Source: Parcubacteria group bacterium (GTDB lineage Bacteria; Patescibacteriota; Minisyncoccia; Phycocordibacterales; UBA2135). From it: a DNA stretch of 64,000 bases. Positions 9,801 to 18,952 of this stretch are shown here, piece after piece. Where the stretch lies: NCBI GenBank assembly GCA_016204005.1, contig JACQLS010000030.1:25952-89951 (forward strand), given 5' to 3'. Made by a program: the position numbers and the translations under genes. Positions within the stretch are counted from its first letter, which is position 1, and each line of letters starts with the position of its first letter. The notes under the pieces are model-generated. The model saw nothing but the letters and a program-made list of their open reading frames with translations. It had not been told where the DNA came from and searched no databases.

Positions 9801-10391
9801 GAAACATGGCCCAAATATGAACCAAGGTTTCCGATTTGGCCAAACCCGATGGCGCTTTTTCACCGCATTTTCCGGTCACACGGCGATATAAAGATTCTTG
9901 AAGACATGGCAGAGGTACGACACATCGTGTCCGTTGCTCTCGAAGCGCGTGCAAGCGCGGGCATTAAGGTGCGTCAACCCCTCGGGAAACTCTCTGTTAA
10001 AAGCAAAAAAACAAAAATCGTCGGCAATGAAGATCTTCTCACGTTAATTAAGGATGAGGTAAACGTAAAAGAGGTCGTGTTCGATTCGTCTATCAGAGAT
10101 GATGTCGAGCTCGACACGGAAATAACCGAAGAGCTAAAAGAAGAGGGGGCACTCCGCGATCTTATTCGTGTTGTTCAGGATTTGCGCAAGAAAGAAGGTT
10201 TGAATCCCGGTGACAACGCTGTTCTCTTGGTTACTGCGGGCGTTTCGGAACAGCAGTTTATAAAGAAATTCGAAGATGAGCTCAAAGATTCGACAACAGT
10301 TGAGATGGTTGAATTTGGCACCGAGATGCGCGGTGAAGAAGTGAAGGTAGATAACTTTACGTTTAACTTGAAGCTAAAAGCTAAAAGCTAA
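6831..10391 (+). CDS. ileS: Isoleucine--tRNA ligase (type 2) with inserted histidine phosphatase domain
   Basis: DGPPFANGLPHYGH, GWDCHGLPVE, WTTTPWTLP, GTGIVHIAP, EGLDQTRGWFY, KMSKR; insert MRHGE...IVSH at ~8330-8900. Confidence 0.97.
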   Translation: MSDEQNSQKKSVADLEREILRFWRDNKIFEKSLAKKSPKGEYTFYDGPPFANGLPHYGHILAGVLKDAIPRFQTMRGYHVARRWGWDCHGLPVEYEIEKELGLKTKREIEEYGIQNFNKKAREAIMRYADDWRQIIPKTGRWVDMDRDYRTMDSSYTESVWWIFKSLYDKGLVYEGFKPMHLCPRCETTLSNFEVSQGYKDITDITVTVRLPLSKEKNTSLLVWTTTPWTLPGNMAAAVNPSVVYAKYRLSDPVEEFVIIAKDRGEEILKDKKYEIVEEFMGNTLVGRAYEPPFSYYKDAPLKHKGNAWKVYGADFVTTTDGTGIVHIAPAFGEDDLNLAKENDIPVVHHVGTDGKFKKEVADFVGESVKPANDLQATDVLILKNLSSRGLLFAKEKIQHPYPHCWRCDTPLLNYAASSWFVQVTAIKDALVSANKKISWVPSDIRDGRFGKWLLGARDWAVSRSRFWGAPIPAWRCQKCERVEIIGSLSELQERSADSGNTFFLMRHGEARSNKEGFVSASVSARNNLTEKGKREVDKAAKFLRRQSIDLIIASPLERTKETAFRTAKNLGLKKDKVIFSDLIRETGVGVFEGKPISEWQSQFSSLEDKFKIRPQGGEHINDIKSRIIPFLYETDRKYTKKNILIVSHADPLWALYMGALGYTEKQAIEVHGRKKDFIKTAEVKKLDFAPLPHDEAYTLDLHRPYIDELKFKCLCGGKMKRVPEVFDCWFESGAMPYGQMHYPFENKDIFDPEKQRGFPAHFIAEGLDQTRGWFYSLLVLGVALFGEPTYKNVITNGLVLAEDGRKMSKRLKNYPEPTDVIEKYGADALRFYLLSSPVVRAEDLRFSEEGVREIQNKVMSRLRNVVSFYHMYAGDTSDGGSVPKSNNVLDTWVRVRLTEVVNKVTEAMEQYELDKAVRPLAEFIDDLSTWYLRRSRDRFKSKDESDRKNAVATTRYVLVETAKLIAPFAPFVAEEVYRSLSPNVESVHLETWPKYEPRFPIWPNPMALFHRIFRSHGDIKILEDMAEVRHIVSVALEARASAGIKVRQPLGKLSVKSKKTKIVGNEDLLTLIKDEVNVKEVVFDSSIRDDVELDTEITEELKEEGALRDLIRVVQDLRKKEGLNPGDNAVLLVTAGVSEQQFIKKFEDELKDSTTVEMVEFGTEMRGEEVKVDNFTFNLKLKAKS

Positions 10392-10396
10392 AAGCT
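10371..10396 (+). repeat. Heptamer tandem repeat (AAAAGCT)n over ileS stop
   Basis: AAGCT-AAAAGCT-AAAAGCT-AAAAGCT. Confidence 0.85.
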
Positions 10397-10398
10397 CC

Positions 10399-10986
10399 GT
10401 GTATACCATCTTTCACACCGATGCGATCGTGCTTGGGGGTAACGATCGTGGGGACGCGAGCCGCGCGCTTTCCCTTTTTACACGTGAGCACGGTCTCTTG
10501 TATGCCCACGCCCAAGGACTTCGTGAATTAAAATCAAAACTTCGATATGCCTTGCAGGATTTTTCCTATGCTCATGTTAATCTCGTGCATGGTAAAAGTG
10601 GGTGGAAAGTGACCAGCGCGCTTCATAAGAGTTCTTTTCTCCCACACGGCGAGATGAGGGCGCGCTTGGGTGCTATTGTACGGGTGTCGAAACTCTTGCG
10701 TCGCCTTCTCCCGGAAGAAGAAAAGAACGAAGCACTGTATGACGAAATTCTTCAAACGTTTTCAATGATTAAAAGCACCCCATTTAGTCCCCAATATATT
10801 TTCAATGTTGAGGTTATTCTTGTCATGCGCATCTTGGCGCTTTTGGGCTATTGGGGAGACGATGTTCGTTTTGCTCCATTCCTCGAGGAAGATATTGCGA
10901 AAGAAGAGCTGCTTCAACAAATGATGAGCATTAAACCTTTTGCTATTCGTGAGATTAATAAAGCGCTTAAAGAAACCCAACTGTAA
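10399..10986 (+). CDS. recO: DNA repair protein RecO
   Basis: TDAIVL...LFTREHGLL...AQGLR..KSKL OB-fold pattern; LLPEEEKNEALY. Confidence 0.85.
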   Translation: MYTIFHTDAIVLGGNDRGDASRALSLFTREHGLLYAHAQGLRELKSKLRYALQDFSYAHVNLVHGKSGWKVTSALHKSSFLPHGEMRARLGAIVRVSKLLRRLLPEEEKNEALYDEILQTFSMIKSTPFSPQYIFNVEVILVMRILALLGYWGDDVRFAPFLEEDIAKEELLQQMMSIKPFAIREINKALKETQL

Positions 10987-11042
10987 ATCCATTTCCTGTG
11001 TGCCATGCAAAAACCCGCAAGAGCTGCGGGTTTTATCACTCG

Positions 11043-11570
11043 TTATCTTTTTTGAATCAGCTTCGCATCTCCGCCCGTAAAGATAAAGACGTCGAATGTC
11101 TCTCGTTCAAACGTATAGAGAGCGTGTATGAACCGAACCACGTCGTTCGTGCCCCGCACTTGCACATCCTCGCCTATTTGCCCGACAACCATCACGGTTC
11201 CTGAAAGGGTGCCGCACACATCATCAAACAAGAAGAGGCGTTCCGGATTGTATCCGAATTGTTCGAAGATATCGAGTGCTGCAAGAGCAACCTCCTCCTC
11301 AAAACACGCGAAGTAGTAGGTGTCGGTTAAATCTTTCTCTTCGCCAACAATATACGGGCCTTCGTGGTCAGCCCGCGCTTGCGGAATGGAGAGCAGTAGT
11401 ACTGCGAAGAGAGCGGTAACAATAAGGCATGCGACGAAAAAGGGACGCAGACCCTTCATTGGTTTTTCCGATCCAGAGTCTCTCTCGAGAGTATGCCCCG
11501 AACAACCGGCTGTCAACAGGAAGGTAAACAAAAACATTCCGAGTAGGCGGAATGTTTTTGTGAGCCCCAT
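11043..11570 (-). CDS. Hypothetical exported protein
   Basis: Two hydrophobic signal-like segments (LTAGC lipobox-like; QARA cleavage-like); start overlaps rpmB stop. Confidence 0.6.
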   Translation of the reverse strand: MGLTKTFRLLGMFLFTFLLTAGCSGHTLERDSGSEKPMKGLRPFFVACLIVTALFAVLLLSIPQARADHEGPYIVGEEKDLTDTYYFACFEEEVALAALDIFEQFGYNPERLFLFDDVCGTLSGTVMVVGQIGEDVQVRGTNDVVRFIHALYTFERETFDVFIFTGGDAKLIQKR

Positions 11571-11773
11571 TAGGACTTCACAGTAAGATGTTTGTTTGCC
11601 TTAATACACTTGGTGCAGACCTTCATCCTTTTCCCCGAAGGCAATTTCGCCCACTGTAGGTTGGGTTGTCTCCGGCGTTTACCGGTCGGGTTGAACTGCG
11701 TTGCGCGGACACGGTTTGAATAGCTTCCGCCGACGAAGGATGTTTTTTCACACAATGGACAAATTCGAGCCAT
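11570..11773 (-). CDS. rpmB: 50S ribosomal protein bL28
   Basis: MARICPLC..., KRRRQPNLQ, KVCTKCIK. Confidence 0.92.
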   Translation of the reverse strand: MARICPLCEKTSFVGGSYSNRVRATQFNPTGKRRRQPNLQWAKLPSGKRMKVCTKCIKANKHLTVKS

Positions 11774-11824
11774 ACTTCACAGGTTTAGAATATAACCAAG
11801 CTATGGTATCATACTGGGGTAAAT

Positions 11825-12493
11825 ATGGCAATTGAGCTATTTATTCCCCTCATTCTTATACTCATCATCTCTGTTGTCGCGCACGAGGTGTCACACGGGT
11901 ATATGGCAGAAATATTGGGAGACAGGACAGCGCGTCTCGCGGGTCGCCTCACCATGAATCCCCTGAAGCATCTTGATTTGTGGGGATCAATCCTTATCCC
12001 CCTTCTTCTTATTGTCACTAAAGCGGGGTTTCTTATCGGGTGGGCAAAGCCGGTGCCCTATAATCCCTACAATCTTCGTGACCAAAAATGGGGCGAGGCA
12101 AAGGTCGCCATAGCTGGCCCGCTCGTCAATGCATGCATTGCTATTATTTTTGGGATTCTTGTCCGTTTCGGCACACAAAGCGGTTTTTTTGCGAATGTGG
12201 CACCAGAAGCGGTACACATGCTTGCCTTTGTCGTATACATTAACCTCTTGCTCGCGTTTTTTAATTTAATTCCCATCCCACCACTCGATGGGTCCAAGGT
12301 GCTTGCTGCGCTCTTGCCCTTTCATCTGGCGGAGCGATATCGAGCAGTAATGGAGTGGGCGCTTCAGTACGGTTTTTTTGTTACTGTTGCGTTTATCTTT
12401 CTCTTCTTCTATTTTCTCTGGCCATTCTTCTTTGCGTTTCTCGCGCTACTCTTCAAGCTCATTACGGGGGTCTCTCTATCGGTATTCCTTTAA
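11825..12493 (+). CDS. Site-2 protease (peptidase M50)
   Basis: HEVSH, GRLTMNP, GWAKPVP, AGPLVN, FNLIPIPPLDG. Confidence 0.93.
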   Translation: MAIELFIPLILILIISVVAHEVSHGYMAEILGDRTARLAGRLTMNPLKHLDLWGSILIPLLLIVTKAGFLIGWAKPVPYNPYNLRDQKWGEAKVAIAGPLVNACIAIIFGILVRFGTQSGFFANVAPEAVHMLAFVVYINLLLAFFNLIPIPPLDGSKVLAALLPFHLAERYRAVMEWALQYGFFVTVAFIFLFFYFLWPFFFAFLALLFKLITGVSLSVFL

Positions 12494-12501
12494 GAAGGGG
12501 G

Positions 12502-12568
12502 TTGCATTTTATAATGCAGTATCCTATAGTGACTAGTACTTGGCTTTTGCGCCGAGTTTTGTTTTAGC
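12502..12568 (+). promoter_or_regulatory. str operon promoter and leader
   Basis: TTGCAT-17-TATAGT followed by a small hairpin and U-rich leader. Confidence 0.6.
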
Positions 12569-12979
12569 ATGACAACGATTAATCAGCTGATTAAGAGACG
12601 AAGAAGGACCCCAAGAAAAAAGTCAAAAACACCCGCAGTTGGGCGTGGTTTTAATACACTCAAAAACAGACCAGTCTTTTACCCGTCTCCTTTTAAGCGT
12701 GGGGTATGTGTGCAAGTGCGTACCACAACGCCGCGTAAACCGAACTCTGCTGTTCGAAAGATTGCACGTGTGCGTCTCACTAACGGTCAGGAAATAACAG
12801 CGTACATTCCGGGAGAGGGGCACAACCTGCAAGAACACTCGGTAGTTTTGGTTCGTGGAGGTAAGGTAAAAGATATCGGCGTGCGCTACACGATTGTCCG
12901 CGGTATTCTTGACACAACAGGTGTTGAAAAGAGGCGACAAGGAAGAAGCTTGTATGGCGCAAAGCGTCCTAAAAAGTAG
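12569..12979 (+). CDS. rpsL: 30S ribosomal protein uS12
   Basis: [22 protein letters not shown]. Confidence 0.98.
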   Translation: MTTINQLIKRRRRTPRKKSKTPAVGRGFNTLKNRPVFYPSPFKRGVCVQVRTTTPRKPNSAVRKIARVRLTNGQEITAYIPGEGHNLQEHSVVLVRGGKVKDIGVRYTIVRGILDTTGVEKRRQGRSLYGAKRPKK

Positions 12980-13000
12980 ACATATTAGATTTTCAGTACA

Positions 13001-13471
13001 ATGAGGCGTCCAGTCAAAAAACGACATATTGTAGGGCCTGACTTCAAATACAATTCTCCTAAGGTTGAGAAGTTTGTTAACTATGTCATGAAAGATGGTG
13101 AGAAGACAGTTGCACGAAAGGTTGTCTACACTGCATTTGATGAAATTGCAAAGAAGACAAAAACAGAGAACCCGCTTGAGGTGTTTGATAAGGCGATCAA
13201 AAACGTTGGTCCGACCGTTGAGGTCAGGACGCGCCGCATTGGTGGCGCCAACTATCAGGTTCCGCGTGAGGTGAAGGCAGATCGACGCCTGGCGCTCGCC
13301 ATGCGATGGATTCTTCTTGCGGCCCGCGGCAAAAAAGGGCGCCCCATGCACTTGAAGCTTGCTGACGAGCTTATTGCCGCGTCCAACAATGAGGGCGAGG
13401 CCGTACTGAAGAAGGCAAATGTCCACAAGATGGCTGAAGCCAACAAGGCCTTCGCCCACTTTACGTGGTAG
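13001..13471 (+). CDS. rpsG: 30S ribosomal protein uS7
   Basis: RRIGGANYQVP, HKMAEANKAFAH. Confidence 0.98.
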   Translation: MRRPVKKRHIVGPDFKYNSPKVEKFVNYVMKDGEKTVARKVVYTAFDEIAKKTKTENPLEVFDKAIKNVGPTVEVRTRRIGGANYQVPREVKADRRLALAMRWILLAARGKKGRPMHLKLADELIAASNNEGEAVLKKANVHKMAEANKAFAHFTW

Positions 13472-13504
13472 TGATAGACCATATCGATCTCGCAGTTCTG
13501 TTGT

Positions 13505-15652
13505 ATGAAACGTGACTATCCACTAGAGAAAGTTCGAAACTTCGGAATCATTGCCCACATTGATGCCGGGAAAACCACCACTTCTGAGCGGGTTCTTTTT
13601 TATACTGGAATGACGCACAAAATCGGAGAAGTGCACGAGGGAGACACGGTTACTGACTGGATGGAACAGGAACGTGAGCGCGGTATTACTATCACCGCAG
13701 CAGCCATCACCTGTTTCTGGACAAAGACAGACGAGACAGATAAGACGAGCATAGAAAAAAAATACCGTTTCAATATCATTGATACCCCGGGCCACATCGA
13801 CTTCACCGCGGAGGTGAAGCGTTCACTCCGCGTTTTGGACGGCGCCGTCGTCGTCTTTGACGGAGTTGCCGGAGTTGAGCCACAATCAGAAACAAACTGG
13901 CGTTACGCAGACGAGGCCCAGGTGCCCCGTGTCTGTTTCATTAACAAGCTGGACCGCACAGGAGCATCATTTGAAAGGTCCTACGCAAGTATTCTTGATC
14001 GTTTGAATAAAAATGCCATACGTCTGCAGATCCCCATTGGTGAGGAGAGCGCCTTTGAAGGAGTCGTCGACCTTCTCAAAATGAAAGCGTATCGCTTTGA
14101 AGGAGAAATGGGCGCAAAGGTTGTTGAAATCGAAATCCCCGAACATCTGAAGGCCGCCGCAGAGGGCTATCGGCAAGAGCTTGTTGCAAAGATTGCTGGC
14201 GAGAACGATGAGTTGATGAACGCTTACCTTGAAGGCAAGGAGATCCCCATTGCTGATCTTAAAAAAGTACTCCGAGAACTTGTCATTAAGAATAAGATTT
14301 TCCCGGTATTTGTTGGCTCTGCTCTTAAAAACAAGGGCGTACAATTGGTGCTCGACGCGGTTGTTGACTATCTGCCAAGTCCGCTCGATGTTCCTGCGGT
14401 TATCGGCACCGATCCGAATACAGGAGAAAAGATTGAGCGACACCCATCTGATGAGGAGCCGTTTGCTGCGCTGGCTTTCAAGTTGCAAAGTGACCCATTT
14501 GTTGGACAGCTCACGTTCTTTCGCGTGTACTCCGGATCTATTGAAGCCGGTTCTTATATTTACAATTCTACAACGGGTGAAAAAGAGCGTCTTGGCCGTA
14601 TCGTTCGGCTTCAGGCAGACCAGCGTGAAGAGGTGAAGAAGGTTTTTGCCGGAGAAATTGCCGCGGCGGTCGGACTCAAGGGCGCCAAAACGTCGCACAC
14701 GCTCTGCGATGAAAACAAGCCGATTATTCTCGAACAGATCATATTCGCTGAACCTGTTGTTTCAATGAAAGTTGAACCAAAGACAAAAGCTGACCAAGAG
14801 CGTCTCGGCATGGCGCTCTCACGCCTCGTTGATGAAGACCCAACATTCCGCGTTAAGACTGACACGGAAACGCTCGAGACCATTATTTCAGGCATGGGTG
14901 AGCTTCACCTCGAGATTTTGGTTGATCGTATGAAGCGTGAATTTAAGGTTGAAGTGAATGTCGGCGCCCCGCAGGTTGCGTATCATGAGACGGTTACCGC
15001 ATCGGCAGAAGCTGAATCGAAATACATCCGTCAGACAGGTGGTCGTGGTCAATACGGTCACGTAAAGATCAGACTAAAGCCGCTTGAGGCAATCGAGGAG
15101 GGGGCGAAAATTCCAAAAAACGTGAAGCGCGAGGATCACTTCGAGTTTGTTAACTCCATCAAAGGAGGTGTTGTGCCCCAAGAATATATTCCACCCGTTG
15201 AAAAAGGAGTTAGAGAAGCCATGGAGCGGGGCATTTTGGCCGGATTCCCGGTTGTCGATGTTTCGGTTGATCTCTATGACGGTTCATACCACGAAGTAGA
15301 CTCCTCCGAACTCGCCTTTAAAATCGCTGGGTCGCTCGCGTTTCAGGATGCCGCGAAACGAGCAAAGCCGGTGCTCCTCGAGCCCATTATGCGCATCGAA
15401 GTCGTTGTGCCCAAGAAGTTCATGGGGGACGTTACGGGGAACCTCAACTCGAAGCGTGGCCAAGTGACAGACATGGAAGAACGGGGTGAGCTCCAGGTCA
15501 TTCACGCGCTCATTCCTCTCGCAGAAATGTTTGGCTATGTGACGACCCTTCGCTCTATGACTGAAGGCCGCGGTACCTCCACCATGGAATTTGAAAAATA
15601 TGAGATAGTGCCGCGCCACGTGGCAGAAGAGATTATTGCGAAACGCGCGTAA
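13505..15652 (+). CDS. fusA: Elongation factor G
   Basis: [41 protein letters not shown]. Confidence 0.99.
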   Translation: MKRDYPLEKVRNFGIIAHIDAGKTTTSERVLFYTGMTHKIGEVHEGDTVTDWMEQERERGITITAAAITCFWTKTDETDKTSIEKKYRFNIIDTPGHIDFTAEVKRSLRVLDGAVVVFDGVAGVEPQSETNWRYADEAQVPRVCFINKLDRTGASFERSYASILDRLNKNAIRLQIPIGEESAFEGVVDLLKMKAYRFEGEMGAKVVEIEIPEHLKAAAEGYRQELVAKIAGENDELMNAYLEGKEIPIADLKKVLRELVIKNKIFPVFVGSALKNKGVQLVLDAVVDYLPSPLDVPAVIGTDPNTGEKIERHPSDEEPFAALAFKLQSDPFVGQLTFFRVYSGSIEAGSYIYNSTTGEKERLGRIVRLQADQREEVKKVFAGEIAAAVGLKGAKTSHTLCDENKPIILEQIIFAEPVVSMKVEPKTKADQERLGMALSRLVDEDPTFRVKTDTETLETIISGMGELHLEILVDRMKREFKVEVNVGAPQVAYHETVTASAEAESKYIRQTGGRGQYGHVKIRLKPLEAIEEGAKIPKNVKREDHFEFVNSIKGGVVPQEYIPPVEKGVREAMERGILAGFPVVDVSVDLYDGSYHEVDSSELAFKIAGSLAFQDAAKRAKPVLLEPIMRIEVVVPKKFMGDVTGNLNSKRGQVTDMEERGELQVIHALIPLAEMFGYVTTLRSMTEGRGTSTMEFEKYEIVPRHVAEEIIAKRA

Positions 15653-15669
15653 CTACGAATAGTGCAACT

Positions 15670-15702
15670 AAAACACACCCACTTCACAGTGGGTTTGTTT
15701 TT
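15670..15702 (+). terminator. Terminator after fusA
   Basis: AAAACACACCCAC-TTCACA-GTGGGTTTGTTTTT. Confidence 0.6.
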
Positions 15703-15781
15703 ATCACGGCTCTAAATCTTGACCAAAATAGTTTAATGTGCTAGAATCTTTTTAGTCCTGCTTGAGGAGGCGGGTTGAAAG

Positions 15782-16114
15782 ATGTCGAAAAACGACTCTC
15801 GCCACGAAGACATTGAAAGCCTGGCTTCAGTTGGCGCCCTGGTGAACGGGCTCCCGCATGAAGGCGAAGAAGAGTATGATAGGAGAAAACGAGCGCTGAA
15901 GAGACAATTTGGTAAGCTTTCTTCTCGCGAACTTCGCGCAAAGAGGAGAAAAATCGGTATACAACTGTTATCCGATTTACTGTCTCTGGACGCTGAAGGG
16001 CAGAAGAAGCTCAAGCGTCTTTCGACTGAAAGACTTCGCGCAAAGTCGAAAAAGATAGCGGAAAAAACCCTCGCTCAACTGGAGGAGCCAGCACATGAAC
16101 ACGCGTCAATATAA
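15782..16114 (+). CDS. Hypothetical basic helical protein
   Basis: 110 aa ORF with TTGACC-17-TAGAAT promoter and GAGGAGG upstream. Confidence 0.6.
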   Translation: MSKNDSRHEDIESLASVGALVNGLPHEGEEEYDRRKRALKRQFGKLSSRELRAKRRKIGIQLLSDLLSLDAEGQKKLKRLSTERLRAKSKKIAEKTLAQLEEPAHEHASI

Positions 16115-16496
16115 ACCTGAGCAACTTGAGACGTTGCGGCAACTCCGCAGCACTATTCAGCAATATGGAATGCACATTGCATCGAAGCCGTTTGCTATCT
16201 TCACCCTTCGAGCTGCAAAGCGAAAGCATCCGCTTGAATTCGTCTGTGCGTCACCAAGCGATCACCCGGTCTTCAATCAGGCCGCCATCGTCCGCTTGTA
16301 CCGCGGAAAGGTACGCATTCAGTTCTTCTATGCGAATACATGGCCTCGTCCCATAACGAGGGCTCTTGTTAAGGAATTCGGCAAGCGGGTAGAGTTTGCT
16401 GAGAAGTCCATATGGGGCCACCGCGAGCTCCTTGGAGAGAAGGCAAGGACCTGGAAGGAGTACGCGACTCCAAGTGAGGTACAGTCTTTTGTATAA
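16095..16496 (+). CDS. Hypothetical protein
   Basis: 133 aa ORF with GGAGGAG RBS, overlaps upstream ORF, followed by hairpin AACCGCC-GAAT-GGCGGTT. Confidence 0.65.
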   Translation: MNTRQYKPEQLETLRQLRSTIQQYGMHIASKPFAIFTLRAAKRKHPLEFVCASPSDHPVFNQAAIVRLYRGKVRIQFFYANTWPRPITRALVKEFGKRVEFAEKSIWGHRELLGEKARTWKEYATPSEVQSFV

Positions 16497-16575
16497 GTGT
16501 TTCAACCGCCGAATGGCGGTTTTTACGTGGCAAAGAGCAAAAACGCTCGTGTTCTACAGCTATAGTGACTGGGGT

Positions 16576-16603
16576 TGACTCTTTTCCGCAGTTTGCTATA
16601 GTG
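16576..16603 (+). promoter_or_regulatory. tuf promoter
   Basis: TTGACT-16-TATAGT with TG extension. Confidence 0.6.
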
Positions 16604-16695
16604 GTAGAAATCGCAATCGGTGCGCATTTTTCTTTTGGAAACAGGGCGCCGAGAGAATAATCATTAGTAATTACTTATTAATAATCTAATTTTTT

Positions 16696-17889
16696 ATGGC
16701 AGAACAATTTAAGCGAGACAAGCCACACGTTAACGTGGGTACCATTGGCCACGTTGACCACGGTAAGACGACTCTCACCGCAGCTATTCTTCACGTTTTG
16801 AACCTCTTGGGACACAAGGTGAAGTTGCGTGGTGTTGATGAGATCGACAACGCGCCTGAGGAAAGGGAGCGTGGTATTACTATCGCCCTCTCACACAACG
16901 AATATGAGACGGCGAAGCGTCACTATGCGCACATTGATGCTCCTGGTCACGCAGACTATGTTAAGAACATGATCACTGGTGCCGCACAAATGGACGGCGC
17001 AGTACTTGTTGTTGCTGCGACTGATGGCGCCATGCCACAGACACGTGAGCACATTCTCCTCGCAAAGCAGGTGGGTGTTCCAAAGATCATTGTCTTCTTG
17101 AACAAAGTAGACATGGTTGATGATAAAGACATGGTTGACCTCGTTGAAGAAGAAGTGCGTGAGCTTTTGACTAAGTACGGATACGAAGGAAAAGAAGTAC
17201 CTGTAATCCGCGGATCGGCGCTCAAGGCGCTTGAAGCGACGTCAAAAGACGACCCATGGGTCAAGGGGATTGCCGAGTTGGCAAACGCTCTTGATGAATA
17301 CATCCCACAGCCAGACCGTGATCTCGACAAGCCATTTCTTATGCCTGTCGAAGACATTTTCTCCATTGAAGGTCGTGGTACGGTCGTTACTGGTCGTATC
17401 GAGCGTGGAAGGGTCAAAGTAGGCGAGGAGGTTGAAATCATTGGTATTAAACCGACCTCAAAGACAACGGTGACAGGTATTGAAATGTTCAACAAGTCTC
17501 TTGACGAAGGTCAGGCAGGCGACAACGCAGGTATTCTTCTTCGTGGTAGCAAGAAAGAAGATATCACACGCGGACAAGTACTCGCTGCGCCTGGCTCTGT
17601 TACACCACACACGGAATTTGACGCTGAAATCTACGTTTTGACAAAAGAAGAAGGCGGCCGTCACACTCCGTTCTTCACCGGCTACAAACCGCAGTTCTAC
17701 ATCCGCACCACAGATGTTACGGGTGAAATGTTGCTTCCAGAAAGCGTGAAGATGGTTATGCCGGGTGACACAATCACCATTAAGGCAAAACTTATCGCCC
17801 CAGTTGCGCTTGAAGAGCAGCAACGCTTCGCGGTTCGCGAAGGCGGCAAGACTGTTGGCGCGGGAGTTGTAACCAAGATTACTGTTTAA
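16696..17889 (+). CDS. tuf: Elongation factor Tu
   Basis: [32 protein letters not shown]. Confidence 0.99.
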   Translation: MAEQFKRDKPHVNVGTIGHVDHGKTTLTAAILHVLNLLGHKVKLRGVDEIDNAPEERERGITIALSHNEYETAKRHYAHIDAPGHADYVKNMITGAAQMDGAVLVVAATDGAMPQTREHILLAKQVGVPKIIVFLNKVDMVDDKDMVDLVEEEVRELLTKYGYEGKEVPVIRGSALKALEATSKDDPWVKGIAELANALDEYIPQPDRDLDKPFLMPVEDIFSIEGRGTVVTGRIERGRVKVGEEVEIIGIKPTSKTTVTGIEMFNKSLDEGQAGDNAGILLRGSKKEDITRGQVLAAPGSVTPHTEFDAEIYVLTKEEGGRHTPFFTGYKPQFYIRTTDVTGEMLLPESVKMVMPGDTITIKAKLIAPVALEEQQRFAVREGGKTVGAGVVTKITV

Positions 17890-17951
17890 GGCTCTAGGCC
17901 TTGGGCACTAGGTGCTAGAAAAATGCTTTAGTACCTAGCCCCAAGTTCTCG
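17888..17951. repeat. Degenerate heptamer inverted repeat between tuf and rpsJ
   Basis: AAGGCTC TAGGCCT TGGGCAC TAGGTGC ... GTACCTA GCCCCAA GTTCTCG. Confidence 0.55.
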
Positions 17952-17957
17952 ATCATC

Positions 17958-18326
17958 ATGGCAACGGAAACAAAACAAAAGAAAACAGCACGACCTCGAA
18001 AGAAGAAAGAGGAAGCGCAGGTCCACCGCCTTCGTATACGCGTCATGGCGTATGAGAACAAGGTGCTTGACGCAAGCGTGAAGCAAATTATTGACACGGC
18101 AATGCGTTACGGAGCAGATCTTCATGGGCCAGTGCCGCTTCCAACGGAAATCAAGAAGTATACGGTTAACCGTTCGACATTTGTACACAAAAATGCCCGT
18201 GAACAGTTTGAAATGCGCATTCACAAACGACTTATCGACATCGTGAATCCTTCGCATCAGGTTATTGAGTCCTTAACAAATCTCACGTTGCCGTCAGGTG
18301 TCAATATCGACGTCAAAATGATCTAA
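17958..18326 (+). CDS. rpsJ: 30S ribosomal protein uS10 (N-terminal extension)
   Basis: GPVPLPT, REQFEMRIHKRLIDI. Confidence 0.97.
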   Translation: MATETKQKKTARPRKKKEEAQVHRLRIRVMAYENKVLDASVKQIIDTAMRYGADLHGPVPLPTEIKKYTVNRSTFVHKNAREQFEMRIHKRLIDIVNPSHQVIESLTNLTLPSGVNIDVKMI

Positions 18327-18327
18327 C

Positions 18328-18948
18328 ATGTCATTCCTTCTCGCAAAAAAGCAGAATATGATTCAATACTTTGATGAAAACGGGCGGGCATACCCCGCTA
18401 CTGTTTTAGTTGCGGGACCGACTACGGTGACGCAAGTCAAAAGCACTGAAACTGACGGATACAATGCCGTACAAGTCGGATTTGGGGAACAAACCCACAC
18501 GCGTCTCTCCAAGGCGCTTCGAGGGCATCTTAAAAAGTCAGGTACGAGCGCTCGTCATGTCAAAGAATTTCGCACTCCTGAAGTTCCAACACAAACTGTT
18601 GGGGATGTGGTGCGCGTAGAAGACGCCTTTAAGGTTGGCGATACTATTGTCGTAACGGGCATCTCCAAAGGCAAGGGGTTTCAGGGTGTTGTGAAGCGCC
18701 ACGGATTTGGTGGAGGTCCACGATCACACGGACAAAAGCACTCAGAACGTGAGCCGGGCTCTATTGGCGCAACGTGGCCACAGCGCGTCATCAAAGGCAT
18801 GAAAATGGCCGGTAGAATGGGTAGCGACCGCGTGACAGTAAAAGGACTCAAGGTTTTGAGTATTGACGCTAAGCAAAACCTCTTGGTAGTTAGTGGCGCA
18901 GTGCCAGGAAGACGGGGTACGCTCTTAGAGGTTAGGAGTAGCAAGTAA
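18328..18948 (+). CDS. rplC: 50S ribosomal protein uL3
   Basis: DGYNAVQVG, KGKGFQGVVKRHGF, KMAGRMG. Confidence 0.98.
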   Translation: MSFLLAKKQNMIQYFDENGRAYPATVLVAGPTTVTQVKSTETDGYNAVQVGFGEQTHTRLSKALRGHLKKSGTSARHVKEFRTPEVPTQTVGDVVRVEDAFKVGDTIVVTGISKGKGFQGVVKRHGFGGGPRSHGQKHSEREPGSIGATWPQRVIKGMKMAGRMGSDRVTVKGLKVLSIDAKQNLLVVSGAVPGRRGTLLEVRSSK

Positions 18949-18952
18949 CAAC

